A DNA stretch of 64,000 bases from Lentimicrobiaceae bacterium (lineage in GTDB: Bacteria > Bacteroidota > Bacteroidia > Bacteroidales > F082). The translations under genes and the position numbers were made by a program. Every line of letters starts with the position of its first letter. Positions within the stretch are counted from its first letter, which is position 1. The DNA lies in assembly GCA_002708315.1 (NCBI GenBank), contig PANC01000017.1:7512-71511 (forward strand), in the 5' to 3' direction. This document shows positions 1 to 9,106 of this stretch, piece by piece. A model generated the notes under the pieces. That model did no database searches, had not been told where the DNA came from, and was given only the letters and a program-made list of their open reading frames with translations.

Positions 1-1497
1 AATGTTACACAGACAGAAGTTTTTATTGTAAAAAGCCCAAATAATGAGGATTTATTATTTTCTTCTTGTAACACACTCACATTTATACCATTTTTTGTAA
101 GTGAGGGGGTATATGTGTCAGAAAACCAAGGCTACAATTGGGTTGGATCTGACAGTTGTAATGGAAGTCCCATAGATTTTCATGGTGGGGATCCTGGAAT
201 TGCAATTGATAAGAATAATCGGTTTATTCTTACTCGCCTGGGAAGAACGCCATTTACTGGATTATATGCTCACTATTCATATGATAAAGGTAAGACATGG
301 TCTCAGCAGGTACCTATTTCCACTGATGATCTTGAAAGAGCTGCCATAGCCTCCGATATAAATAGTAATAGTTCATACTATGGGAACACATATGCATCAT
401 GGGTAAAATTTGCATTCCCATTTCCTATGATGTTTTCAAGAGTGGGTTCTGATCTTGAACAATGGTTAGAGCCAATTCAAATAAATCAACCTGAAAATAG
501 AAGTGCAGGAGGAGATATTGTTGTTGGAACAAGCGGTAATATATATACATGCTGGGCTGGAGTAGCTGATGAATCTCCCTTTAAAGAGGTACATGTTGGA
601 TTTGCAATTTCAGAAGATGGTGGTTACGATTGGAATGTTAATGAGAAAATTTTTATTATCAATGGCATAACAGGGCTTCTTCCCGAAAAGGGAAACATAA
701 GAGTAAATGGCCTTCCTAATATGGCGATTGATAATACTGATGGTTTACGTAGCGGATGGTTATATATAGTTACAGGCCAAAAGGATTTATTACCAGCGGG
801 TACAGATCCAGATATTATATTGAATATTTCTACCGATGGAGGATTAACTTGGTCTGATGGAATAAGAGTTAATCAGGATGCAATAAACAATGGAAAAACT
901 CAATATTTCCCCACTATACATGTAGATAACTATGGAGCAGTTAATATAATATTTTATGATGATAGAAATACATCAATTGATTCCACAGGAGTTTATTTGG
1001 CAAGGTCTGAAGATGGTGGAAGTACTTGGAGGGAATTTGAAATAAGTGACCATAATTTTGCTCCTTCTGCCATAGGTGGTTTGGGTCAAGGTTATCAAGG
1101 GGATAATATTGACATGACATCTACAGAGGATGCTCTGTTACCAGTGTGGATGGATAATTCAACAGGTATATATCAAATATGGTCAACACGAATTTATATA
1201 TCTGATATTGATATAATAAATACCAATAGTGATAAGAATGGTATTATGATATATCCAAATCCTTCAGGTGATATAATAAACATCAAATTTGATTCACATG
1301 TAATGGAGGATGTTTATTTAAAAATATTGGATTTAGATGGTAATATGGTTAAAGGTCTTACCATTCAAAATTCTAATGCTGCAAATAATACCATTTCACT
1401 ATCATTAAAGGATTTAATGATAGAAGATGGCGCATATCTTATCAATTTAGAAACAGGTAGTATGTCCATTACAAAAAAACTGATTCTATCTAAATAG
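1..1497 (+). CDS. BNR/Asp-box (sialidase-fold) propeller protein with T9SS C-terminal sorting domain; 5' end lies outside the window
   Basis: The frame of the listed 115..1497 ORF stays open back to base 1 with no stop. The listed GTG start would leave no signal peptide, although the C-terminus is a T9SS type-A sorting domain (IMIYPNPSGDIINIKF ... KKLILSK). Four Asp-box motifs are present: YDKGKTWS, SEDGGYDWN, STDGGLTWS, SEDGGSTWR. Confidence 0.75.
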   Translation, partial: NVTQTEVFIVKSPNNEDLLFSSCNTLTFIPFFVSEGVYVSENQGYNWVGSDSCNGSPIDFHGGDPGIAIDKNNRFILTRLGRTPFTGLYAHYSYDKGKTWSQQVPISTDDLERAAIASDINSNSSYYGNTYASWVKFAFPFPMMFSRVGSDLEQWLEPIQINQPENRSAGGDIVVGTSGNIYTCWAGVADESPFKEVHVGFAISEDGGYDWNVNEKIFIINGITGLLPEKGNIRVNGLPNMAIDNTDGLRSGWLYIVTGQKDLLPAGTDPDIILNISTDGGLTWSDGIRVNQDAINNGKTQYFPTIHVDNYGAVNIIFYDDRNTSIDSTGVYLARSEDGGSTWREFEISDHNFAPSAIGGLGQGYQGDNIDMTSTEDALLPVWMDNSTGIYQIWSTRIYISDIDIINTNSDKNGIMIYPNPSGDIINIKFDSHVMEDVYLKILDLDGNMVKGLTIQNSNAANNTISLSLKDLMIEDGAYLINLETGSMSITKKLILSK

Positions 1498-2841
1498 TAC
1501 TGCTTTTTTTGTTTCGGATAAGCCGTAATGGGTGCTAATATTATAATTGTAAATACCATTAGCCATGTTACTTCCGTCTATGGTGAAACCGTATTCATCA
1601 CCTGAAATAAAATTAGGTTCTTTTTCTAATAATAACTTACCATTACTATCATAAAAGTGTAAAACAGGTAAATTTATGGGGCTAGTATTTTTAAGAACCC
1701 TAATTTTAATGGTGGTGTTTTGCGAGAAAGGATTTGGAAAGTTTTGGGATAAAATAAATTTTTTATTATCAGATAATAAATTACCAACTCCAACGGGAAT
1801 TGAAGGATTAAAAGCTAGGAAAGCTCCATCCCTGCCAATAGCATAGCCATGACTTTCGTCGGGAAAATCAACTTTGAATATTGATGTGTTATCAGGAGTA
1901 GGTGTAGACGTCCATGTTAAACCCGCATCCATTGTAAAAACAAAGCTTCTCTCTGGACCCAGTGGGGCCCATCCTTCCATGGAGTCAACAAAATCAATGT
2001 CATATGCAATTCCTTGGACTCCAATTTCATCGTATTCCCAAGAAAACCCTCCATCATATGTATTCATAAACCCTGCTCCGTAGCCAAAATCGGGATCACC
2101 TCCAGAACCAATGATTCGAAGTGAGTCAAATGGATAGATACCATGCACTTCATCTGCCGGAGCATAATCTGTACTAATTGCTTTCCAATCAACACCAGAA
2201 TTATCAGTAATCCATATTACCCCTGCTATATCAAATATACCACCGGATGCATATCCATATTTTTGGTTGTAGAACGTTATGTTTAATACTGGAAAAAAGG
2301 CCAAAGTACTTGTGTCTATGCTTGCTTGGTTCCATGTTTGACCTCCATCAATGGTGTTTACAATCGCATGAGGAGTTCCGCCCATCCACCCATTTAGGCT
2401 GTCATGATAATAAATACTTGTAATAAATATATTATCTTCGGGATACCTACTTACAGTCCATGTTTCCCCACCGTCGCTGGTGCTTAGCAGATCAGTTCCA
2501 TAGGGCAAAATGGTAAAATTGTGTGCTGATGCAAATCCAATATCATTGGAAATAAAAAATACTGTTTTGATATTATTGGTGGTATTACTTTGTTGGATTT
2601 CCCAAGAACTACCACCATCGTAGGTATGTATAATGATACCCGAGTCTCCAACACACCATCCTGTTATGCTATCTGTAAAGTGTATATCATTTAAATTTAC
2701 AGAAACAGCTATTTCCATACGTTCCCAAGTTCCTTGTCCATAACATATACTAATTAGACCTAAAGAAAATACCAAAAAATAATTTCTCACTAGCCTGGGT
2801 ACGGTCTGTAAATTATTTATCTCAATTATTTTAATTATCAT
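1486..2841 (-). CDS. Asp-box/BNR beta-propeller protein (Ycf48/sortilin-like) with T9SS C-terminal sorting domain
   Basis: ATG at 2841 and a hydrophobic N-terminal signal (FLVFSLGLISICYGQ). Six SxDxGxxW-type boxes are present: YDGGSSWE, SDGGETWT, IDGGQTWN, DNSGVDWK, YDGGFSWE, MDAGLTWT. The C-terminal part has NFPNPFSQNTTIKI ... KKAVLFR, typical of a T9SS CTD. Confidence 0.8.
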   Translation of the reverse strand: MIIKIIEINNLQTVPRLVRNYFLVFSLGLISICYGQGTWERMEIAVSVNLNDIHFTDSITGWCVGDSGIIIHTYDGGSSWEIQQSNTTNNIKTVFFISNDIGFASAHNFTILPYGTDLLSTSDGGETWTVSRYPEDNIFITSIYYHDSLNGWMGGTPHAIVNTIDGGQTWNQASIDTSTLAFFPVLNITFYNQKYGYASGGIFDIAGVIWITDNSGVDWKAISTDYAPADEVHGIYPFDSLRIIGSGGDPDFGYGAGFMNTYDGGFSWEYDEIGVQGIAYDIDFVDSMEGWAPLGPERSFVFTMDAGLTWTSTPTPDNTSIFKVDFPDESHGYAIGRDGAFLAFNPSIPVGVGNLLSDNKKFILSQNFPNPFSQNTTIKIRVLKNTSPINLPVLHFYDSNGKLLLEKEPNFISGDEYGFTIDGSNMANGIYNYNISTHYGLSETKKAVLFR

Positions 2842-2885
2842 ATAAAAGCCTGGTTATAAGTTAATGAAATGTGTTGGGTTAAAAC

Positions 2886-3215
2886 TTAATAAATAGTATC
2901 TGAGGGCATCCAAAAATAATCTGCAAAGTTCATTACCTTATTTCCATTAATTTCAACACCTTCATTTGCAAGTAATTCAGACATTATAAATTCTCCTCCA
3001 AAATGATGTTTACCTGTGAGAAGACCATTTCTGTTTACCACTCTATGTGCTGGAAGGTTAATAGGCCTAGATTTTGATTTATTTAGTGCCCAGCCTACCA
3101 TTCTTGCAGAACCTCTGCTCCCTGCGAATTCTGCGATTGCGCCATAGGTAGTAACCCTACCTTTGGGTATCTTAGATACAATTTCGTATACTTTTTCATA
3201 GAAATTTTGCTTCAT
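2886..3215 (-). CDS. Alkyltransferase-like (ATL) protein: MGMT DNA-binding domain with the nucleophilic Cys replaced by Ala
   Basis: 109 aa, a single domain. It has TYGAIAEFAG and SARMVGWAL (helix-turn-helix/Arg-finger region of O6-alkylguanine transferases). The active-site pentapeptide reads PAHRV instead of PCHRV. Confidence 0.8.
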   Translation of the reverse strand: MKQNFYEKVYEIVSKIPKGRVTTYGAIAEFAGSRGSARMVGWALNKSKSRPINLPAHRVVNRNGLLTGKHHFGGEFIMSELLANEGVEINGNKVMNFADYFWMPSDTIY

Positions 3216-3335
3216 TTATAATTTATCACATAGATAGTGTTGTAAAATTAGAAAAATAAAATTTAATAATACAATAACTCATTTAAGTTGTTGAATAAAT
3301 ATTTTACGATATGGATAAAACACACAAATCATTTG

Positions 3336-3343
3336 TAGATTTG
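3336..3343 (+). promoter_or_regulatory. Bacteroidota-type -7 promoter box TAnnTTTG (TAGATTTG)
   Basis: Exact match to TAnnTTTG, 22 nt upstream of the ATG at 3366. Confidence 0.5.
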
Positions 3344-3365
3344 TCAAAAAGATGAATAAACTATT

Positions 3366-4406
3366 ATGAATAAACTATCATTTTACTCACTTTTAATAGT
3401 GGCATTAGTATGCATAATTGGGTGCGATAATAAAACAAATACTTCCTTAGATATTGCATTTTACAATGTTGAAAACCTATTTGATACAATAGATAACATT
3501 AATGTTTCAGATGAAAAATATCTTCCAGAAAGTGAAGTTCCATGGACTAAGGATAGGTATTCTCATAAGCTTGATAATATTTCTCGTGTGATGAAAACCA
3601 TAGATTCAAATGGGTTTCCTGATTTGTTTGGCATATGTGAGGTTGAAAATTTGGGTGTGATTGAAGACTTAATAGCACATCCTGATATGAGTATTGCCAA
3701 TTATAGAGTTATTCATAAGGATAGCCCCGATGAAAGAGGCATAGATGTTGCATTATTATATAAGCCTGAAATATACACACCAATATATAAGCAATTTATC
3801 CAACCCGAATTGTGGAGTACAAAAGATTCTATTAAAACAATAAATAGAACGCGAGACATACTATACTCTAAAGGATTAGTTAACAAGTCTGATACCTTGC
3901 ATTTATTTATAAATCATTGGGTTTCACGTTGGGGAGGTCAAGCTAAGACGGAACCACAAAGAATCCAAATTGCTTTGATAATAAAAAGCTTTTGCGATTC
4001 AATTCTAAAAGCAGATTCACACGCAAATATTATAATAGCTGGTGATTTAAATGATAACCCAACGGATACTAGTGTGTATAAGGTCTTGAGTGCCAAAGAG
4101 GTTGATTCAAATCCGAATCCAGAAAACCTTTACAACCTATCCATAAATCAGTTTTTAAATGGGAAAGGATCGCTGTATTATAAAAGTTGGGATATGTTCG
4201 ATCAAATAATAGTTTCTGGATCAATGCTAAGCGATGGTAATAATTTACAAGTGATGGAGGCGGACCAACTTATTTATAAGGAAAGCTGGATGCTTTATCA
4301 ACCAAAAAAAGGACCAGCAAGACCCTCTAGAACATCAAGTGGTAAAAACTATTACGGTGGCTTCAGTGATCACTTGCCTGTTATGGTAAGTATACAGATT
4401 AACTAA
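3366..4406 (+). CDS. Endonuclease/exonuclease/phosphatase (EEP) family lipoprotein
   Basis: Lipoprotein signal with lipobox (LVCIIGC). The translation shows an N-terminal FYNVENLFD, an internal CEVEN, a later GDLND and a C-terminal SDHLPV, the catalytic signature set of the EEP fold. Confidence 0.8.
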   Translation: MNKLSFYSLLIVALVCIIGCDNKTNTSLDIAFYNVENLFDTIDNINVSDEKYLPESEVPWTKDRYSHKLDNISRVMKTIDSNGFPDLFGICEVENLGVIEDLIAHPDMSIANYRVIHKDSPDERGIDVALLYKPEIYTPIYKQFIQPELWSTKDSIKTINRTRDILYSKGLVNKSDTLHLFINHWVSRWGGQAKTEPQRIQIALIIKSFCDSILKADSHANIIIAGDLNDNPTDTSVYKVLSAKEVDSNPNPENLYNLSINQFLNGKGSLYYKSWDMFDQIIVSGSMLSDGNNLQVMEADQLIYKESWMLYQPKKGPARPSRTSSGKNYYGGFSDHLPVMVSIQIN

Positions 4407-4409
4407 TAG

Positions 4410-4916
4410 CTATTTATTTATCGCATTTTTAAATTCGGAGCTGTCAATTGAAATTTTTGGTGTTGCACGTTTATCATAGTCTATATCATAGTCAAACTCG
4501 CCATTCTCATCATAAAATTTCCAGATGCCAGATTTTTGTGCCTTGTTAAACTTACCTATATAATAAAGGTTTCCGTTTGAATGGTATGTTATGGTTTTAC
4601 CTTGCCTTACACCATCAGAGTAATCACCTTCACTCCAAAGTTTACCATCTCGATAATATGCTTTCCAATTTCCATCACGTTTTTCATTTTTACTCAACGC
4701 ACCTTCTTTGAGCTTATTACCATCCTCATAATATTCCCATTCATACACAGCAGCTCTTTTGCCATCGATTATTTTATATTCACGCTCTATTTCAGCAGTT
4801 CCATTGGTATACCTACTGATGATTTCTTTGCCTTCAATGTTTTTTTTCTTCTCTTCATTATTAACGCATGAGATAGTTACTAAGCCAATTATTGCAAATA
4901 ATAATAATTTTTTCAT
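4410..4916 (-). CDS. MORN-variant repeat (YwqK-like) lipoprotein
   Basis: Lipobox (LVTISC). Repeated G-x-W-x-x-Y-x-x-G-K-L motifs are present (GNWKAYYRDGKLWSEGDY, GKTITYHSNGNLYYIGKF, GIWKFYDENGE). Confidence 0.7.
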   Translation of the reverse strand: MKKLLLFAIIGLVTISCVNNEEKKKNIEGKEIISRYTNGTAEIEREYKIIDGKRAAVYEWEYYEDGNKLKEGALSKNEKRDGNWKAYYRDGKLWSEGDYSDGVRQGKTITYHSNGNLYYIGKFNKAQKSGIWKFYDENGEFDYDIDYDKRATPKISIDSSEFKNAINK

Positions 4917-4926
4917 TTTCTTTTTG

Positions 4927-6276
4927 TTATCTGTTAAATGTTAATCTTTCTCCAAGCTTTTCATCATTAAACACGCCATTGTCATAAACTTTGTTCCCAT
5001 TAACAAATGTCGCTTTAATCTTTGATTTAAATGTCTGACCTTCCATTGGAGACCATCCGCATTTATAAAGTATATTGGATTTAGTCACCGTATGAGGGTT
5101 GTTTAGGTCCAATAGTGTTAAATCTGCTTTATATCCTTTTCTAATGAACCCTCTTTTTTCAATGTTAAATATAATTGATGGATTATGACACATCTTTTCA
5201 ACTATTTTTTCAAGAGTAAATACTCCATTGTGATACATCTCCAGCATTGCTGGTAATGCATGCTGTACCATAGGGCCGCCACTGGGGGCCTTGAAATATG
5301 GTCTTTGTTTTTCTTCTAAAGAGTGAGGGGCATGGTCAGTTGCGATAACGTCTATTTTATCGTTGTGTAAAGCATAAATAAGGGCTTCTCTATCGGATTC
5401 TGATTTAATTGCAGGATTCCATTTAATGAAATTCCCTTTTTTATCATAATCTTTATCAGAAAACCATAGATGATGAATACATGCCTCTGCAGTGATTTTT
5501 TTCTCACTTAATGGAATGTTATTTGAAAATAGTTCCATTTCTTTGGCTGTTGTAAGGTGCAGAACATGCAGTCTTGTGCCATGCTTTTTTGCAAGTGACA
5601 CAGCTTTTGATGATGAAAGGTAGCATGCTTCTGATGATCTTATCTCAGGATGAAGTTTTGTGGCTATACTGTCACCATATTTTTCATAATATTCTGTCGT
5701 ATTTCTTTTAATGGTTTCTTCATCTTCGCAGTGCACCGCAACAAGTATGGGTGCATTACTAAAAATACCTTCAAGGGTATTATTGTTATCAACCAACATA
5801 TTACCCGTGGAAGATCCCATAAATATCTTAATCCCACATACGTTATTTGGATTTGTTTTGACTACTTCGCTTAGGTTGTCATTTGACGCTCCCATATAGA
5901 AGCTATAATTAGCAATAGATAGGGTGGAAGCATGGTCATATTTGTTTTGAAGGATTTCTTGTGTTAAGCAGTTGGGAATCGTATTAGGCATATCCATAAA
6001 ACTGGTAATGCCTCCAGCAACTGCCGCTCTGCTCTCAGTGTATATATCTCCTTTGTATGTTATCCCTGGATCACGAAAATGAACTTGGTCATCGATTACA
6101 CCTGGTATTAGATAAAGTCCCTTGGCATCTATTATTTCAAAATCAGAATTATTATTATTTAATGATTGCTCTTTGATCTCATGAATTAAATCATTAACTA
6201 TTACCACATCACCGAGGAACACCTTTCCTTCATTTACAATTTTAGCTCCCTTAATGATTCTTTTTACGGTATTCAT
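4927..6276 (-). CDS. pyrC: Dihydroorotase (cyclic amidohydrolase superfamily)
   Basis: 449 aa. It has PGVIDDQVHFRDPG (metal-binding HxH-type region), VHCED and VIATDHAPH motifs. This length class is typical of Bacteroidota DHOase. Allantoinase or dihydropyrimidinase cannot be fully excluded without a search. Confidence 0.7.
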   Translation of the reverse strand: MNTVKRIIKGAKIVNEGKVFLGDVVIVNDLIHEIKEQSLNNNNSDFEIIDAKGLYLIPGVIDDQVHFRDPGITYKGDIYTESRAAVAGGITSFMDMPNTIPNCLTQEILQNKYDHASTLSIANYSFYMGASNDNLSEVVKTNPNNVCGIKIFMGSSTGNMLVDNNNTLEGIFSNAPILVAVHCEDEETIKRNTTEYYEKYGDSIATKLHPEIRSSEACYLSSSKAVSLAKKHGTRLHVLHLTTAKEMELFSNNIPLSEKKITAEACIHHLWFSDKDYDKKGNFIKWNPAIKSESDREALIYALHNDKIDVIATDHAPHSLEEKQRPYFKAPSGGPMVQHALPAMLEMYHNGVFTLEKIVEKMCHNPSIIFNIEKRGFIRKGYKADLTLLDLNNPHTVTKSNILYKCGWSPMEGQTFKSKIKATFVNGNKVYDNGVFNDEKLGERLTFNR

Positions 6277-6315
6277 TGTAATTGTCTGATTTTAAGATTT
6301 GATAAAATAAGCAGA

Positions 6316-7059
6316 TTAAAAAGTTTTGAGGGGCTTAATTTTACCTACAATATTTCTGAATCTCAAATCTAGGACCCCAAAAATAGCTTCTCTAAATATA
6401 CTTTTATTCATTTTCGATGTTCCCTCTGTGCGATCAGTAAAAATGATAGGAACCTCAACAATATTAAAACCTAGTTTATGAGCTGTGTATTTCATTTCAA
6501 TTTGAAATGCGTAACCTACAAATTTAATGCTATCAAGATCAATGGATTCAAGAACACGACGAGTCCAACACATAAAACCTGCAGTTGTGTCCATTATTTT
6601 TAGGCCTGTTACCATACGAACGTAGGTAGATGCGTAATATGACATAAGAACACGACCCATGGGCCAGTTTACTACATTAACTCCTCTAATATACCGCGAA
6701 CCTATAACAACATCAGCTCCGCCTTTCGCTGCAGCTTCATACAACCTGCTTAAATCATCAGGATTATGAGAAAAATCCGCGTCCATTTCAAAAATATATT
6801 CGTATTCATGGTCAAGGCCCCACTTGAATCCTTCAATGTAAGCAGTTCCTAAACCAAGTTTCCCCTTTCTTTCCATTATGAACAGCCTTTTGTCAAATTC
6901 TTTCATTAATTCCTTGACAATTGAAGCGGTGCCGTCGGGGCTATTATCTTCAACAACTAAAACATTGAATTCTTTTTCAAGGCTAAAAACTTTGCGTATA
7001 ATACCCTCAATATTTTCCTTTTCATTATATGTTGGTATAATTACAAGACTGTCATTCAT
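6316..7059 (-). CDS. GT2 polyprenol-phosphate mannosyltransferase-like glycosyltransferase (Dpm1/PpmA-like)
   Basis: The listed start at 7083 is a TTG that overlaps the predicted promoter box. The ATG at 7059 gives MNDSLVIIPTYNEKENI, and VVEDNSPDGT and EMDADFSH (DxD) motifs follow. Confidence 0.7.
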   Translation of the reverse strand: MNDSLVIIPTYNEKENIEGIIRKVFSLEKEFNVLVVEDNSPDGTASIVKELMKEFDKRLFIMERKGKLGLGTAYIEGFKWGLDHEYEYIFEMDADFSHNPDDLSRLYEAAAKGGADVVIGSRYIRGVNVVNWPMGRVLMSYYASTYVRMVTGLKIMDTTAGFMCWTRRVLESIDLDSIKFVGYAFQIEMKYTAHKLGFNIVEVPIIFTDRTEGTSKMNKSIFREAIFGVLDLRFRNIVGKIKPLKTF

Positions 7060-7080
7060 AACAATTGATATTATTTTTTG

Positions 7081-7088
7081 CAAAAATA
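7081..7088 (-). promoter_or_regulatory. -7 promoter box TAnnTTTG (TATTTTTG on the minus strand)
   Basis: The plus strand reads CAAAAATA. The box lies 22 nt upstream of the ATG at 7059. Confidence 0.5.
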
Positions 7089-7257
7089 GTCTAAACTTCT
7101 TATTAATATAACTTTATTGCAACGAAAGTATGCTGTTATTAGTGTTAAATATCACATATTTTATATGAAGATTGGCAATGAGAAGTACTTATGTAAATCA
7201 AATTAATGTAAAATCTCAATTTAGCATAAATTACATGATCATCATCAACTTCTTTTT

Positions 7258-7265
7258 TACATTTG
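7258..7265 (+). promoter_or_regulatory. -7 promoter box TAnnTTTG (TACATTTG)
   Basis: 23 nt upstream of the ade ATG at 7289, and divergent from the box at 7081-7088. Confidence 0.5.
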
Positions 7266-7288
7266 TATATTAATTAATCTCCTAAACT

Positions 7289-8929
7289 ATGGATTCAAAA
7301 GAGAACTTTCAGATTTCGGGTAACATAATTGACATAAGGTCATGTGATATATTTAAAGGAACTATTTATGTAGAAGATGGATTAATAGTAGATATAAAAA
7401 AACATCACGTAGATGGGAATAATTATATAATGCCTGGCTTAATTGATTCACATATTCATATTGAAAGCTCAATGTTGATTCCCTCAGAGTTTGCGAAGTT
7501 AGCAGTTATTCATGGAACTGTAGCAACTGTTAGCGACCCTCATGAGATTGCAAATGTACTGGGCATTGATGGTATAAAGTACATGATACAAAATGGAAAT
7601 AAAGTTCCTTTCAAGTTTTATTTTGGAGCCTCATCATGTGTTCCTGCTACTCCCTTTGAAACAAGTGGTTATGAGTTTAAGGAAGAAGAAATGCTAGAGC
7701 TATTAGCAATGGACGAAATAAAATATCTTTCCGAAATGATGAACTTTCCAGGAGTAATTAATCGTGACCCATGGGAAATGAGAAAAATAGAAATAGCAAA
7801 AAGCTTTAACAAACCAATTGATGGTCATGCTCCCGGTGTAACAGGAGAGGATGCTAAAAAGTATGCTGAAGTTGGAATTACCACTGATCACGAGTGTTTT
7901 ACAATGGAAGAAGCTTTAGATAAAATCAAATATGGAATGAATATTCAGATAAGAGAGGGGAGTGCCGCCAAAAATTTTGAAGCCCTCATAGGTCTGATGG
8001 ATGATTATGATGATCGAATTCTGTTTTGTTCTGATGATAAGCATCCCGATGATTTGCTAAAAGGTCATATAAATGAAATGGTAGTAAGAGCAATATCAAA
8101 GGGTTATGACCCTATAAAGGTATTGCGAAGTGTTATTCTTAATCCAATTAAGCATTATGGTCTTGATGTTGGAACTCTTCAAATTGGTGATCCAGCTGAT
8201 ATGATAGTGGTTGATAATCTAACCGATTTTAATATTCTTAGAACATACATTGATGGCATTCTTGTTGCCGAAAAAGGAATCTCTAATATCGATTCAGTTC
8301 CTGAGAATCATCCCAATAAATTCAATGCTAAACCCATCACTCCTTCTCAACTACATGTAAAACCTGAAGGAGATAAGTTATGTGTGATTGAAGCATATGA
8401 TGGTCAATTAATAACGGGTTTTGTTACTCATAACTACAAAGTTATAGATAATAATGTGGTAAGTGATGTAGATAATGACATACTTAAGCTAGTGGTTTTA
8501 AATAGGTATAATGATGCTAAGCCAGCCATAGCATTTATTAAAAACTTTAATCTTAAAGCGGGCGCTATTGCTTCAAGCGTTGCCCATGATAGTCATAATA
8601 TTATTGCTGTTGGTACTAGTGATGAAGAAATAGCCGCTGCAATAAACCTTGTCATAAAGGAAGAAGGAGGAATATCCTTTGTCGATGGTGATGATACTAA
8701 GATTATTCCATTGCCAGTTGCCGGCCTTATGTCAACACTAGATGGTGGACAAATTGCTGCTAGTTACTCACTTATAGACGATGCAGTTCACAAGGCTGGT
8801 TCAACATTAAGGGCTCCCTATATGACACTCTCATTTATGGCATTGTTAGTAATTCCAGAATTGAAATTGAGTGATAAAGGTCTTTTTGATGGAAACAAAT
8901 TCCAATTTACTAATTTATTCAACTCTTAG
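7289..8929 (+). CDS. ade: Adenine deaminase
   Basis: 546 aa. It has PGLIDSHIHIESSM (HxH metal site), DGHAPG and TDHE motifs and the two-domain length typical of adenine deaminase. Confidence 0.8.
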   Translation: MDSKENFQISGNIIDIRSCDIFKGTIYVEDGLIVDIKKHHVDGNNYIMPGLIDSHIHIESSMLIPSEFAKLAVIHGTVATVSDPHEIANVLGIDGIKYMIQNGNKVPFKFYFGASSCVPATPFETSGYEFKEEEMLELLAMDEIKYLSEMMNFPGVINRDPWEMRKIEIAKSFNKPIDGHAPGVTGEDAKKYAEVGITTDHECFTMEEALDKIKYGMNIQIREGSAAKNFEALIGLMDDYDDRILFCSDDKHPDDLLKGHINEMVVRAISKGYDPIKVLRSVILNPIKHYGLDVGTLQIGDPADMIVVDNLTDFNILRTYIDGILVAEKGISNIDSVPENHPNKFNAKPITPSQLHVKPEGDKLCVIEAYDGQLITGFVTHNYKVIDNNVVSDVDNDILKLVVLNRYNDAKPAIAFIKNFNLKAGAIASSVAHDSHNIIAVGTSDEEIAAAINLVIKEEGGISFVDGDDTKIIPLPVAGLMSTLDGGQIAASYSLIDDAVHKAGSTLRAPYMTLSFMALLVIPELKLSDKGLFDGNKFQFTNLFNS

Positions 8930-9106
8930 AACAAATCTAGCTAACCCTCAACATTGAAAAGCGTCAGCATCATATCATCTAAATAGATAAAAAAATAAAG
9001 GAGTATTAATTTCATAAAGAGATGGAAAGAATATCCATTGCTCACTCCAAAGTATAATATTAGCAGAAATAATAGATTGTGTGAATAGGTCCAATGAGCT
9101 TTAGTA

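Noticed and set aside
4410-4916. A YwqK-like protein, a family often labelled a toxin-antitoxin antitoxin
   Set aside because: The protein has a lipoprotein signal, so it is exported. No toxin-like partner is adjacent. It is simply a MORN-repeat lipoprotein, so I make no TA system call.
7114-7126. A 13-mer, TTATTGCAACGAA, shared between this spacer and 42763-42775
   Set aside because: With this base composition, dozens to hundreds of exact 13-mer coincidences are expected in 64 kb. There is no extended similarity around either copy.
7084-7288. A purine riboswitch upstream of adenine deaminase, and an L-box upstream of lysC (26786-26864)
   Set aside because: Neither spacer contains the conserved cores or GC-containing helices of these riboswitches. 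The lysC spacer is only 79 nt, and both are explained by simple promoter regions.
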